Source: Clostridia bacterium
GTDB lineage: Bacteria; Bacillota; Clostridia; Christensenellales; CAG-314
Direction of reading: 5' to 3'
Assembly: GCA_036653075.1 (NCBI GenBank)
Contig: JAVVUQ010000010.1
Coordinates: 11,167-32,052 of the forward strand
Length of the DNA stretch: 20,886 nt
The notes beneath the pieces were generated by a model that saw only the letters and a list, made by a program, of their open reading frames with translations, did not search any database and was not told where the DNA came from. Below, one piece after another: positions 7,697-17,670 of this stretch; position 1 is the stretch's first letter, and each line of letters starts with the position of its first letter. Made by a program: the position numbers and the translations under genes.

Positions 7697-9079
7697 CTAA
7701 AAATACATTTTTTCGTTTAAGTAATTAACTAAACCATCTATACTAACACGTTCTTGAGTCATTGTGTCACGTAAACGAACAGTTACGCAGTTGTCGTTTT
7801 CACTTTCAAAGTCGACTGTAATACAAAACGGCGTTCCTATTTCGTCAAATCTACGGTACCTTTTGCCTATACTGCCTGCATCGTCATAGTCAGTAACAAA
7901 TGATTTTGAAAGCATAGCGTGAATAATTTCAGCTTTTTCGCCTAATTTTTTGCTGAGCGGTAAAACAGCCGCTTTAATAGGCGCCAACGCTGGGTGTAAT
8001 TTTAATACTACACGAGTATCCCCTTCGCCAACATTTTCTTCCGTATAAGCGTTGCATAAAAAAGCTAAAACAACTCTATCGGCGCCAAGTGACGGTTCAA
8101 TGCAATAGGGCAAATATCTTTCGTTAGTTACGCCGTCCAAATACTCCATACTTTCACCGCTTGCCGTTTGATGACATTTTAAATCATAATCCGTTCTATC
8201 TGCAATTCCCCAAAGTTCACCCCAACCAAATGGGAACATAAACTCAAAATCCGTTGTCGCTTTAGAATAATGACACAATTCTTTTGCGTCGTGATCTCTA
8301 AGACGTAAATTATCACGGCTAATTCCTAAATTGTATAACCATTTTTCGCAATAATCTTTCCAATATTTAAACCATTCAAGATCTGTACCTGGTTTGCAAA
8401 AAAATTCCAACTCCATTTGTTCAAACTCACGTGTTCTAAATGTGAAATTACCTGGAGTGATTTCATTTCTAAAGCTCTTGCCGATTTGCGCAACGCCAAA
8501 AGGAATTTTCTTTCTTGTTGTTCTCGCTATATTTTTAAAGTTAACAAAAATGCCTTGCGCCGTTTCGGGACGAAGATAAATCGTAGAAGTGCTATCTTCT
8601 GTTACGCCTTGAAATGTTTTAAACATTATATTAAATTGGCGAATTTCCGTCCAATCGTGTTTTCCACAAACGCTACAAGGAATTTGATGTTCTGCGACAA
8701 AATCTTGTAGCTGCTTATCCGTTTTTCCAGCGGTAGAATAATCTATTTTATTTAAAGCGCAAAAACTTTCAATGAGTGTGTCTGCTCTTTGACGTGATTT
8801 GCAACCTTTGCAATCCATTAATGGATCGGTAGCTTTTTTGATGTGTCCTGATGCTTCCCAAGTTTTAGGATTCATTAAAATAGCGCAATCGACGCCTACG
8901 TTATAAGCGCTTTCTTGTACAAATTTTTTCCACCAAGCTTTTTTTACGTTGTTTTTAAGTTCCACGCCAAGCGGTCCATAATCCCACGTGTTTGCAAGTC
9001 CGCCATAAATTTCACTTCCTGCATATATAAAACCTCTGCCTTTGCAAAGATTGACAATCTTATCCATTGTTACAGCCAT
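7697..9079 (-). CDS. glyQS: Glycine--tRNA ligase, single-chain alpha2 (class II) type
   Basis: 460 aa, the length and architecture of the dimeric GlyRS. It has class II motifs (FRNE, GxGxGxDR-like SLGADR) and a C-terminal anticodon-binding domain. RBS GGAGG. Confidence 0.9.
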   Translation of the reverse strand: MAVTMDKIVNLCKGRGFIYAGSEIYGGLANTWDYGPLGVELKNNVKKAWWKKFVQESAYNVGVDCAILMNPKTWEASGHIKKATDPLMDCKGCKSRQRADTLIESFCALNKIDYSTAGKTDKQLQDFVAEHQIPCSVCGKHDWTEIRQFNIMFKTFQGVTEDSTSTIYLRPETAQGIFVNFKNIARTTRKKIPFGVAQIGKSFRNEITPGNFTFRTREFEQMELEFFCKPGTDLEWFKYWKDYCEKWLYNLGISRDNLRLRDHDAKELCHYSKATTDFEFMFPFGWGELWGIADRTDYDLKCHQTASGESMEYLDGVTNERYLPYCIEPSLGADRVVLAFLCNAYTEENVGEGDTRVVLKLHPALAPIKAAVLPLSKKLGEKAEIIHAMLSKSFVTDYDDAGSIGKRYRRFDEIGTPFCITVDFESENDNCVTVRLRDTMTQERVSIDGLVNYLNEKMYF

Positions 9080-9120
9080 AACCTTACCTCCGCTGTTTCA
9101 GTATTTTTTCAATATCGTTT

Positions 9121-9149
9121 ATTTTAACCTTTTTATTGTTCTTTGTCAA
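9121..9149 (-). promoter_or_regulatory. Sigma-70-like promoter upstream of glyQS (TTGACA-N17-TAAAAT on the minus strand)
   Basis: The minus strand reads cTTGACAaagaacaataaaaaggtTAAAATaaacg, which ends ~35 nt before the RBS. No T-box leader is visible. Confidence 0.5.
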
Positions 9150-9199
9150 GCGTTCGCTCTTAATTAAGGTCACAGCTATCGCAATTTATTACTATAAAA

Positions 9200-9238
9200 C
9201 ATAAAAAAATATTATAGAGTAGTTACCCGCTCTATAAT
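9200..9238 (-). terminator. Probable rho-independent terminator after purA
   Basis: A 9-bp stem attatagag/ctctataat with a 10-nt loop. On the minus strand a ttttttt tract follows it. The stem is AT-rich, so this is only moderately convincing. Confidence 0.4.
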
Positions 9239-9335
9239 ATAATTTAATACATACAAGTCAATATAATTATATAAACATTTTATGTCTTAATTTTTTAAAA
9301 TAATGATAAAAATAACTTATATTTTTTATCAAATA

Positions 9336-10601
9336 TTAAATTTCCATATACTCATCTCTTTCAGCGCCTACCGAGATGTACTTAATTGGCGCATTAAGTT
9401 TTTGTTGAAGGAATTTTATATATTTGCGCGCATTTTCTGGTAAATCAGATAACTTACGGCAATTGGAGATATTACAATTCCACCCGTCAAGGTATTCTAT
9501 AACTGGTTTACATTCTGTCAGCATTTCAGGATAGGGGAAGCGTTCAAGTATTCTATCCTCATATTTGTAAGATACGCAAACTGGTATTTTTTCCAAGCAA
9601 CCTAAAACGTCGATTTTTGTTACGGCAAGTTCTGTTGCGCCCTGCATTTCTATGCCATAATTAGTGGCTAATACATCAAAAGCGCCAACACGGCGGGGTC
9701 GTCCCGTAGCCGCGCCAAATTCTCCGCCAGCGGTACGTAAGATTTCCGCTTGTTGCTCAAATAATTCCGAAGTAAACCAGCCTTCTCCAACGCAAGAAGA
9801 ATATGCTTTTACGATGCCCACAATAGTATCAAGTTTAAGCGATGGAGCTCCGCTACCAATCGGAGCATAAGAAGCTAATGTATTTGACGAACTTGTAAAT
9901 GGGAAGATACCAAAATCTATATCACGCAAAGCGCCTAATTGCGCTTCAAACATTATATTTTTGCCATTTTTATCAGCGTCTAATAAATACTCGCCTGTGT
10001 CAGTAATAAATGGTAATGTGAAATCACCATACATTGACAACCATTCTTCAATTTCTTCATAATTAATAGCGCTTCCATATCCGCTAAACATCAACGATTT
10101 CCATTCAATTAAATCTTTTAATTTATTTAAAACATCTTTTTTATATTTTAAATCGCCTATTCTCAATGTCTTTTTTAAATACTTATCCGCATAAACAGGC
10201 GATATTCCTCGCCTTGTAGAACCAAACTTTTTATCACCTAATCTTTCTTCTTCTAAACAGTCTTGCATAATGTGATAAGGTAAACATATGGTCGCTTTAT
10301 CACTAATTTTAAGATTCTCCGGCGTAATCACTATACCTTGCGCTCTTAATCTCGTGATTTCTTGATATAAGTGCTTAAGGTCTATTACCATACCATTTCC
10401 CAATACATTTACAATTTCAGGTCGTAAAATTCCCGACGGCAAAAGGTTCAAAATAAATTTACCTCTCGGGTTTACAACTGTATGTCCAGCGTTATTTCCG
10501 CCTTGATACCTAACGACGATGTCATACTTTTCGGACAGCATATCTACCATTCTGCCCTTGCCTTCATCACCCCAATTTATTCCTACTATTGCCGTTTTCA
10601 T
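9336..10601 (-). CDS. purA: Adenylosuccinate synthetase
   Basis: 421 aa. N-terminal P-loop WGDEGKGR plus GIGP- and TGR-type motifs, and strong overall family resemblance. RBS AAGGAG. Confidence 0.95.
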   Translation of the reverse strand: MKTAIVGINWGDEGKGRMVDMLSEKYDIVVRYQGGNNAGHTVVNPRGKFILNLLPSGILRPEIVNVLGNGMVIDLKHLYQEITRLRAQGIVITPENLKISDKATICLPYHIMQDCLEEERLGDKKFGSTRRGISPVYADKYLKKTLRIGDLKYKKDVLNKLKDLIEWKSLMFSGYGSAINYEEIEEWLSMYGDFTLPFITDTGEYLLDADKNGKNIMFEAQLGALRDIDFGIFPFTSSSNTLASYAPIGSGAPSLKLDTIVGIVKAYSSCVGEGWFTSELFEQQAEILRTAGGEFGAATGRPRRVGAFDVLATNYGIEMQGATELAVTKIDVLGCLEKIPVCVSYKYEDRILERFPYPEMLTECKPVIEYLDGWNCNISNCRKLSDLPENARKYIKFLQQKLNAPIKYISVGAERDEYMEI

Positions 10602-10814
10602 AATATCTCCTTGTATAATGTAATTATATTAAAATACATTACTTCTATTTGTAAAGTTGCCATTTCTTGCTATAAATGACTCTTTCATTTTTTATGTTGA
10701 TATAATTAATAGCGCTATTATCAATTGTTTTTATATCGTTTAACGATTTTTTACTACCAATAAAATTATATATAATTATAATTTAGTATTGTTTTACCTT
10801 GTAATATGTTACGT

Positions 10815-12206
10815 TTATTCGGATATAACATTTAAAACATAATCTACATATTCTTCTGTCTGCGTTGTTGCGCAACCAGTATATAAGATAGCTTCATTTG
10901 CTCCCTCTAACGCTGCTAAAAAAGGTTTAAAAGCAGAGTCTTGACATATCCGTTTCATTAAATCATTTTCGCCGCCATTTTTAATGTTCGCTGTTGTTTC
11001 CATTGAAAGCGTACGTATTCGCTCGTGCAACTCTTGACGATCACCGCCTAATTCCACACAACGCATAAGAATATTTTCCGTTGCGATAAACGGAAGTTCT
11101 TCCATTACGTGTTTTTTAATAACATTTTCATAAACAGTCGTATTAGCAACTACTTTTTCAACAATGGATAGTATCGAATCTATGCCTAAAAACGCTTGAG
11201 CGTTCGAAAGCCTACGATTTGCCGAATCATCTAATGTACGCTCTAACCATTGAGTTGACGCCGTTACAGCTGAATTTTGTAAAAGACTTTGAACAAATCG
11301 TGAAATTGAACAAATCCTTTCGCAATTCATTGGATTACGCTTGTACGCCATAGCGGAACTACCCACTTGAGATTTTCCAAACGGCTCCTCCAATTCTTTT
11401 AAATTTTGTAATAATCGCATATCTACTGCATATTTATGACAACTTATCGCAATTCCGCACAAAACAGAGATGATTTTATAATCAAATTTACGTGGATAGG
11501 TTTGCCCCGTAACTCCAAATGTATCTTCAAATCCCATTTTTTTAGCAATGAGCCTATCTAATAACTTAACTTTTTCTTTGTTTCCTTTAAATAACTCCAA
11601 AAATCCCGCTTGCGTCCCCGTTGTTCCCTTTGCGCCTCTTAATTTAAAATCGGATAACAATCTGTTCAATTCTATATAATCCGCTACAAAATCTTGTAGA
11701 TATAATGTCGCGCGCTTTCCAACTGTCGTAAACTGCGCGGTTTGAAAATGTGTGTATCCTACCGTTGCCACATCTTTATATTTAATTGAAAAATCACACA
11801 ACGCTCTAATAACTTCAAGTACCTTTGACCGTATTAATTTTAAACCATCATACATTTGTATCAATTCAGAATTATCCGTTACAAAACAACTTGTAGCGCC
11901 TAAATGTAATATAGGCTTTGCCAACGGACAAGTTTCACCAAATGAATATATATGCGACATTACATCGTGATTAACAACGCTCTCTCTCTCCTTAGCTACC
12001 TTAAATTCCTCATCAGTAGGAACAAGATGCTCTCGCATTTGCTCTATTTGCTCCTGCGTAATAGGCAAACCAAGCTCCATCTCCGATTGCGCTAAAGCAA
12101 GCCATAACTTACGCCATAACATAATTCGATATCTGTCACCAAATATTGTTTGCATTTGCTTGCTTGCATATCGAGAGCATAACGGATTTTCATAGGTATC
12201 GTACAT
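10815..12206 (-). CDS. purB: Adenylosuccinate lyase, eukaryote-like ADSL subtype
   Basis: 463 aa. The N-terminus PLCSRYASKQM...RYRIMLWRKLWLALAQSEMELGLPIT and the motifs GYTHFQTAQFTTVGKR and GSSAMAYKRNPM closely resemble human-type ADSL rather than the Bacillus/E. coli PurB subtype. Confidence 0.9.
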   Translation of the reverse strand: MYDTYENPLCSRYASKQMQTIFGDRYRIMLWRKLWLALAQSEMELGLPITQEQIEQMREHLVPTDEEFKVAKERESVVNHDVMSHIYSFGETCPLAKPILHLGATSCFVTDNSELIQMYDGLKLIRSKVLEVIRALCDFSIKYKDVATVGYTHFQTAQFTTVGKRATLYLQDFVADYIELNRLLSDFKLRGAKGTTGTQAGFLELFKGNKEKVKLLDRLIAKKMGFEDTFGVTGQTYPRKFDYKIISVLCGIAISCHKYAVDMRLLQNLKELEEPFGKSQVGSSAMAYKRNPMNCERICSISRFVQSLLQNSAVTASTQWLERTLDDSANRRLSNAQAFLGIDSILSIVEKVVANTTVYENVIKKHVMEELPFIATENILMRCVELGGDRQELHERIRTLSMETTANIKNGGENDLMKRICQDSAFKPFLAALEGANEAILYTGCATTQTEEYVDYVLNVISE

Positions 12207-12499
12207 AATTACCTCTATAATTATTGTTTTTTTTCAATTTTTTAATGCTTTTCTTCTTTTAAATTCAATATTATCTACTATTACTAACTATTTCGCCAAT
12301 AGCTTATTTAAATTTATCAAATATTACTTTATTTCTATTATCTCTATATCTATTATATTGTATCATATTACACCCCTTTAAGCAAACAAATTGATAGCCA
12401 TTGTATTTAAAAGCATTCGCTCTTTTTTCGTTTTTCTAATAATGTTTTTTTAATATATTAAAATCTTGACTGCTCAACTATATTTATTAGATATAAAAA

Positions 12500-12610
12500 C
12501 TATTATAAAATAATTAAAATCTATTATAAAATACAATATAAAACTATTATAAACAATTAAAATCTATTATTAAATAATTAAAATCTATGATAAAATAAAA
12601 TATAAAAATT
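12500..12610. repeat. Tandem array, ~5 copies of a 20-23-bp unit (ctattataaaataattaaaat)
   Basis: Direct reading. Unit starts are at 12500, 12520, 12543, 12563 and 12584. Confidence 0.85.
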
Positions 12611-12654
12611 ATATGAGAAAATATAATTTAAATTAAATTACGAAAAAATAAATA

Positions 12655-13689
12655 TTATAATATTAAAGCTAATGCTATAATTAGCATAATTATTCCAAAT
12701 GAATAAAGAAAAACACAAAAAAGCACTCTAAATAATGGCATACGAATTTGCATATTATGGCTTAAAATATCCATTATTTGAGTAATAGAAATTTTTTTAT
12801 ATCCACGAATTTTAAAAGCGGCGGTATCGATGCTGAGCCAAAAAACGTATATTGCGATGAGTAAGCCTCCGACAAAGAACGAACCTTCCATTGTTGAGGC
12901 GAATTTTGAAACTATTAAACATAAGCCGCTAATAATTGCAAAGCTCACAAAGAACATTCTCAAAGTAAGAACAAAAATCAGCATACTTCTACGATTTTTT
13001 AGATGGTGTTTACGTTCATAAAAAAGTGACTCGTCCATTAAATCTTCTCTATTTATAAAAGATGTTTCACCTGTTTCAGCGTTTACTTGTATATATCTAA
13101 TAATTCCAAATATACGATATTCTAATTGATAAAATGGATGAAATATTGCGTTAATATCCTTGTTTTTATCATTAATATCAAAAAAACTTTCGTCAGAATA
13201 GGTTATATTTCCGCTTTCATCGTCGTAATCAATGCCTAAAGCTTTTGCGGCGTTTGCGCATTTTTCCGCTCTTTCTTTGGATATTGTTTTCTTTTCTTCT
13301 CGACTAAATCGAAATAGTCCTTTTACGTTGGTATCTATCTCTATTGGAGCGTTAATAGTTTGGCTTTTGTGGTTATGTAAGTTTTTATTATCCTTTGAAT
13401 TTAAGCTATTGTATTTATGAATAACCGTATATTTATCGTCAATTTTGTCGGTAAACTCAGGAATATAAATCAAGCTAATCTTAGGTATAATATTACGTAT
13501 TGTGCGTTCGGTAAAACCTTTAAATTCTGCGTGACTATCAAGTGTATCCACTAAAACCGAAAGAGCGTCCGTTTCCGTTAGTTTCGGTTGTAAATACAAT
13601 AATTTACATTTATTCGCTGCATATTCAATTAATCTTTTAGAATTTATGGTGTCTATGGCGCACCAATTTTTGCCTTCTACCGCTTTCAT
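12655..13689 (-). CDS. Hypothetical protein: ~235-aa cytoplasmic N-domain plus 3 C-terminal TM helices; translationally coupled to dnaA
   Basis: 344-aa ORF. Its ATG overlaps the dnaA TGA stop in an ATGA 4-bp overlap at 13686-13689. I recognise no conserved domain. The C-terminal 110 aa are strongly hydrophobic. Confidence 0.6.
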   Translation of the reverse strand: MKAVEGKNWCAIDTINSKRLIEYAANKCKLLYLQPKLTETDALSVLVDTLDSHAEFKGFTERTIRNIIPKISLIYIPEFTDKIDDKYTVIHKYNSLNSKDNKNLHNHKSQTINAPIEIDTNVKGLFRFSREEKKTISKERAEKCANAAKALGIDYDDESGNITYSDESFFDINDKNKDINAIFHPFYQLEYRIFGIIRYIQVNAETGETSFINREDLMDESLFYERKHHLKNRRSMLIFVLTLRMFFVSFAIISGLCLIVSKFASTMEGSFFVGGLLIAIYVFWLSIDTAAFKIRGYKKISITQIMDILSHNMQIRMPLFRVLFCVFLYSFGIIMLIIALALIL

Positions 13690-15050
13690 CTATTTAAAAT
13701 GCTATCCTTAATATCACGTATTGCAGATACTGTTTTAGGTTCTAATTTCTTTAATAACTCGGTAACTTTATCTCTTGCGTGCATTATAGTTGTATGATCT
13801 CTGCCGCCAAAGTATTCCCCTATGCTCATAAGGGGCATTGTAAGCATATCAGTAATTAAATATATGCATATTTGTCGTGGTTCGACGATTTCTTTGCTCT
13901 TTTTCTTGCTAACTATTAATTCTTTGTCTAATTTATAATAATTACAAACGCTATCTACAATACGGTCGATAGTTATTGTTTCTCTTTTATCGTCTCTAAA
14001 ATCTTTTAACGCTTCGTTTAGGACATAGTTATCCGATACAGGTCGTCCAGTTAACGCAGCATAGCTTATAACTTTCGTGAGCAATCCTTCCATTTCTCTT
14101 ACGTTGCTTTGAACTTTTTCTGCGATAAGTTTAAGCACGTCGTTAGGGATATTATGGTTATCTTGTAACGCTTTTTTTTGCAAAATAGCAATACGAGTTT
14201 CTAAATCAGGCGGCTCAACGTCAGCAATCAATCCGCCTTCAAATCGAGTGCGCAATCTTTCCTCTAATGGCGTAATTTCTTTAGGCGGTCTATCCGAGGA
14301 AATCACTATTTGTTTATCCATACTATATAAATCATTAAACGTATGAAAAAACTCCTCTTGAGTGGATACAGTTTTGGCAATAAATTGAATATCATCTATC
14401 ATTAAAACATCGATGTTACGATATTTACTGCGAAAACGTTTCATTTCATCATTTTTGTTGCTATCTCTTAAAGCTTCGATAAGATTGTTAGTAAAATGTT
14501 CGCTTGATACATATAAACAATGTAAATCAGGTCGCCTCATATGTAATTGATTGCCAATTGCGTGCATTAAATGCGTTTTTCCTAAACCAGCAGCGCCATA
14601 TATAAATAATGGGTTATATCTACGTCCAGGATTTTCCGCCACAGCTTTACTTGCAGCCGCAACAAATTCGTTACTTTTGCCCACTACGAAATTTTCAAAT
14701 GTATACTTTGGTATAAACGAGGTTGGCTCGTTATCAATATTCTTTTTTTCCTCAATCGATTGTTCTAATATGTATTCACGAAAAACTTCCTCTTGCGATG
14801 GCGCAATAATCTCAACATCACTTATTTGCGTAATTGCAAGTTTGTTTATCGTATCCTTTATCAATGCGTGAAATCGCTTATCCGCAAGGTTTCTATTCGC
14901 TTCGCTTTCAGCAAGCAATATCATTTTCTCTCCAACAATACAAAGCGGCTGTAACGTTTTAACCCATAAATCAAAAGCTAAAGCGGTCACCAACGGTTCC
15001 ACACCGCTTTGAATATTATTCCATACTTCTACAAAGTCGCATTGTGCCAT
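13686..15050 (-). CDS. dnaA: Chromosomal replication initiator protein DnaA
   Basis: N-terminal domain I (LWNNIQ.., W..), an AAA+ domain with Walker A GAAGLGKTHL and Walker B VLMIDDIQF, sensor motifs, and the C-terminal DNA-binding signature YFGGRDHTTIMHARDKV. I chose the start at the second Met (MAQCDF), preceded by GGGAGAAAAA; the first ATG at 15062 has no SD. Confidence 0.95.
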   Translation of the reverse strand: MAQCDFVEVWNNIQSGVEPLVTALAFDLWVKTLQPLCIVGEKMILLAESEANRNLADKRFHALIKDTINKLAITQISDVEIIAPSQEEVFREYILEQSIEEKKNIDNEPTSFIPKYTFENFVVGKSNEFVAAASKAVAENPGRRYNPLFIYGAAGLGKTHLMHAIGNQLHMRRPDLHCLYVSSEHFTNNLIEALRDSNKNDEMKRFRSKYRNIDVLMIDDIQFIAKTVSTQEEFFHTFNDLYSMDKQIVISSDRPPKEITPLEERLRTRFEGGLIADVEPPDLETRIAILQKKALQDNHNIPNDVLKLIAEKVQSNVREMEGLLTKVISYAALTGRPVSDNYVLNEALKDFRDDKRETITIDRIVDSVCNYYKLDKELIVSKKKSKEIVEPRQICIYLITDMLTMPLMSIGEYFGGRDHTTIMHARDKVTELLKKLEPKTVSAIRDIKDSILNR

Positions 15051-15062
15051 TTTTTCTCCCAT

Positions 15063-15445
15063 TTATATTACAAAAATTTCTATACTCTTATGTAATCAAT
15101 ACAAATTTTAAATTTCCAAAAATTACACGCAATAAGTATACAATTAAATCACAAAACCTAAAATATCTTTATCGTTTCAATATATCTAATTTCGTAAATA
15201 TAATAATACCTTAATTATCTTATAACATTAATATATTAATCTCTTATTCCCTTTTATTATATCATATTTTTTACATAAATGCAAAGGTTTACCGCTACAA
15301 TAGTTTGACATAAAACAATAGATTTGCTACAATAAACCAATCCGCTATAAATGTATACGCTTAATTAAAACATTAATAGCGAAAAATTAAATTGATACAA
15401 TCTTTATAATAGATACTTAAGTAATTTAATTTTATAAGGAGATTT
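15063..15445. other. Candidate chromosomal replication origin (oriC) / divergent promoter region
   Basis: A 383-bp, extremely AT-rich spacer directly upstream of dnaA. Gene orientation switches here: all genes from 5106 to 15050 are on the minus strand and all genes from 15446 to 20586 are on the plus strand, as expected if transcription runs co-directionally with replication away from an origin. I could not find canonical TTATCCACA DnaA boxes by eye. Confidence 0.4.
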
Positions 15446-16162
15446 ATGACTACTTATTGGTTAGAACATACGGTTGACGTAGGAGAAATTAACTTTTTGA
15501 AACAAATAAAACTAAGCGCCCTACTTAACCTATTTCAACTTGCCGCTGCTGCAAATAGTAAGCAACTTGGTCAGGGCGTAGTTTTGCTTTCAACCTTAGA
15601 TTGCGGTTGGGTACTTTCAAGAGTACGTATGCAATTACAGCGTTTGCCTATGTTAGATGAAAATATAAAAATTGAAACTTGGGCTATTTCTCCAAAAAAT
15701 ATTGAATATGAACGTGAATTTCGCATCTATAATGAAAACGGAGAGATTTTGCTTTGCGCATCGACACGTTGGTGCATAATGAACATTAAACAAAAACGAA
15801 TATTACGCACAAGCGAAGCGCCCTATATATCCATTCCGTTACGAAACGATAGAGCTATTATAACACCTCTTTCACGCTTAAAATATATTGGAGAATGGCA
15901 AAATTGTTACAACTTGCCTATTCGACTTAGCAGCGTAGACTTAAATAAACATATGAACAATACTAAATATGCCGACTGCATAATAGACAGCTTTTCGCTA
16001 TCACAATTATCTAATCTCAATATTAAAGTTTTTCAACTTGACTATATCGGACAAGTATATTTTGGCGATACACTTTCAATATTTCGCTCTAATGACGGAG
16101 ATTACTTTAAAGGCGAAGTAAATGGCGAAATGAAATTTTTAGCTCAATGCCTAACAACATAA
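15446..16162 (+). CDS. Acyl-ACP thioesterase (FatA/FatB-like double hot-dog fold)
   Basis: 238 aa. The C-terminal hot-dog motif VDLNKHMNNTKY matches the conserved NQHVNNVKY of acyl-ACP thioesterases. Length and two-domain layout are typical. RBS GGAG. Confidence 0.75.
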   Translation: MTTYWLEHTVDVGEINFLKQIKLSALLNLFQLAAAANSKQLGQGVVLLSTLDCGWVLSRVRMQLQRLPMLDENIKIETWAISPKNIEYEREFRIYNENGEILLCASTRWCIMNIKQKRILRTSEAPYISIPLRNDRAIITPLSRLKYIGEWQNCYNLPIRLSSVDLNKHMNNTKYADCIIDSFSLSQLSNLNIKVFQLDYIGQVYFGDTLSIFRSNDGDYFKGEVNGEMKFLAQCLTT

Positions 16163-16295
16163 CATTATAATCTTTACTATCTCCACTAAACTTATTATTC
16201 GTAGTTAATTGCTATTGCGTTTTTAGCTTTTTATTGATACATTAATAATTTATAATTGTATTAAATTAGCGCATATTCAAACGTGAGGAGAACAA

Positions 16296-17363
16296 ATGAA
16301 AAAGAAAGTATTATTTACTATTATATTAGGAGTGATTTTTATATGCGTAACTATTGCCGTAATCGCTAACGTTACGTCAAATCCTGTAAATAGTAACTTA
16401 AGTAATTTTACTAAATTAAAAGTAAATATTCCACAAAATTTTTTCGCTGAATATATTTATCAACTAAATGGCGTTACAAAAGCAATATATTCCATTACAA
16501 TCATTGATGGAAGCTATTCTTTTTTAACTACTTTTGATCCTAACACCTCTTATTCGAATAGTATGGGCGAGTTCTATTTAAAAAACAATAACGGTACTTG
16601 GACGTGCTTTCATTCCACATCAGATGTTTGGGGACAACCTGTAACTAAACCACTTATCTATAACGAAACAAATTTAAAATATCTATATGACGCTTGCAAT
16701 ATAATAGATTCAAATTACAAAAATGCTGGAACACAAAGTTTTACTTTTAATGATAATATTGGCTCAAAAACAATTTTATCTGATAAATATACCTTAAATA
16801 ATACAACCGCCATAAAATCAAACGAAGAACTCTTAGTTATGCCAAATTTAAATATAACGCTCAAACATTTTTTAACATACACATCAAATAACTCTATTAT
16901 TACAAGCTTATATTATTTAAATAAAATGCACGAATCGGCAGTTTGGACAAAAGAAAATAATCCAATAAAAGCTGGCATTATGGTTGTTCCTAATACATAC
17001 GACGAACTCAAAATATTTATCGCCGAACAAATTTTAACCGGTTGCTCTATAAGCTCTTTTCCACTTCCGACTTTTGATAATATAAATATCACTCCTTTAG
17101 CGGGCGCTACTTATATTCAACTTATCAGCGAAACTGTCAACCAAAACTACATTACAGAAGTTTTATCAACGCTAAATAACGCAGATTTTGAATTGTTTTT
17201 TACAAACGATTCTTTAAACAAATACAAAAAAAAGGTAAATGACAAAATTTATAATATTTCCATTACTTTCGACTATAATTTAAATTCTTATGGCGTAACT
17301 ATTTCTGCTTTCTCACAAACAGAGGGAACTCAACCAATATTTTCAATTAGAATCAATGGTTAA
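16296..17363 (+). CDS. Hypothetical secreted or membrane-anchored N/S/T-rich protein
   Basis: 355 aa. N-terminal K-rich region plus a 20-residue hydrophobic stretch (signal peptide or signal anchor). The remainder is rich in N, S, T and Y, with no recognisable domain. RBS GAGGAG. Confidence 0.6.
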   Translation: MKKKVLFTIILGVIFICVTIAVIANVTSNPVNSNLSNFTKLKVNIPQNFFAEYIYQLNGVTKAIYSITIIDGSYSFLTTFDPNTSYSNSMGEFYLKNNNGTWTCFHSTSDVWGQPVTKPLIYNETNLKYLYDACNIIDSNYKNAGTQSFTFNDNIGSKTILSDKYTLNNTTAIKSNEELLVMPNLNITLKHFLTYTSNNSIITSLYYLNKMHESAVWTKENNPIKAGIMVVPNTYDELKIFIAEQILTGCSISSFPLPTFDNINITPLAGATYIQLISETVNQNYITEVLSTLNNADFELFFTNDSLNKYKKKVNDKIYNISITFDYNLNSYGVTISAFSQTEGTQPIFSIRING

Positions 17364-17460
17364 TATCAACTTTAATCAATGGTTAATTATTGTTTAATCA
17401 ATGGTTAATTATTGTTTTAATCAATAGTTGATTATTGTTTTAATCAATGGTTAATATACT
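17351..17460. repeat. Tandem array, 5 copies of a 22-23-bp unit (aatcaatggttaattattgtttt); the first copy overlaps the stop codon of the preceding CDS
   Basis: aatcaat recurs at 17351, 17374, 17396, 17419 and 17442. The CDS stop codon taa at 17361-17363 is part of the first unit. Confidence 0.85.
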
Positions 17461-17670
17461 CTTATATATATTATTTTTAATTGTTACGCATTATAAATAA
17501 AAATCAAATATATTAAATATATGTTTTAAAGACAATAAATTTGTTTTCTTTTATTAATTAAAATTAAATATTTATGAGCAATTTAAACGTTATATTGTGG
17601 CTATATATAAATGTGCGAGAATTAATATAAAATACTTGTATTTTATACGAAAAGATGATATTATATATGT

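Noticed and set aside
8394-9127. Plus-strand ORFs antisense to glyQS
   Set aside because: They are embedded in a confidently identified gene and are spurious.
9080-9335. T-box riboswitch leader upstream of glyQS
   Set aside because: I searched the minus strand for the conserved T-box sequence (AATTAGGGTGGTACCGCG) and found no match. The promoter-to-RBS distance of about 35 nt is too short for a T-box.
9664-9870. Plus-strand ORFs antisense to purA
   Set aside because: Spurious antisense ORFs with no features.
10482-10679. Plus-strand ORF straddling the purA start
   Set aside because: Spurious antisense ORF with no features.
11752-11970. Plus-strand ORF antisense to purB
   Set aside because: Spurious antisense ORF with no features.
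12830-13420. Plus-strand ORFs antisense to the dnaA-coupled gene
   Set aside because: Spurious antisense ORFs with no features.
14551-14871. Plus-strand ORF antisense to dnaA
   Set aside because: Spurious antisense ORF with no features.
15063-15445. Canonical DnaA boxes (TTATCCACA/TGTGGATAA)
   Set aside because: No 9-mer within 2 mismatches was found by eye. The oriC call therefore rests only on gene-orientation switching and AT-richness, and I kept it at low confidence.
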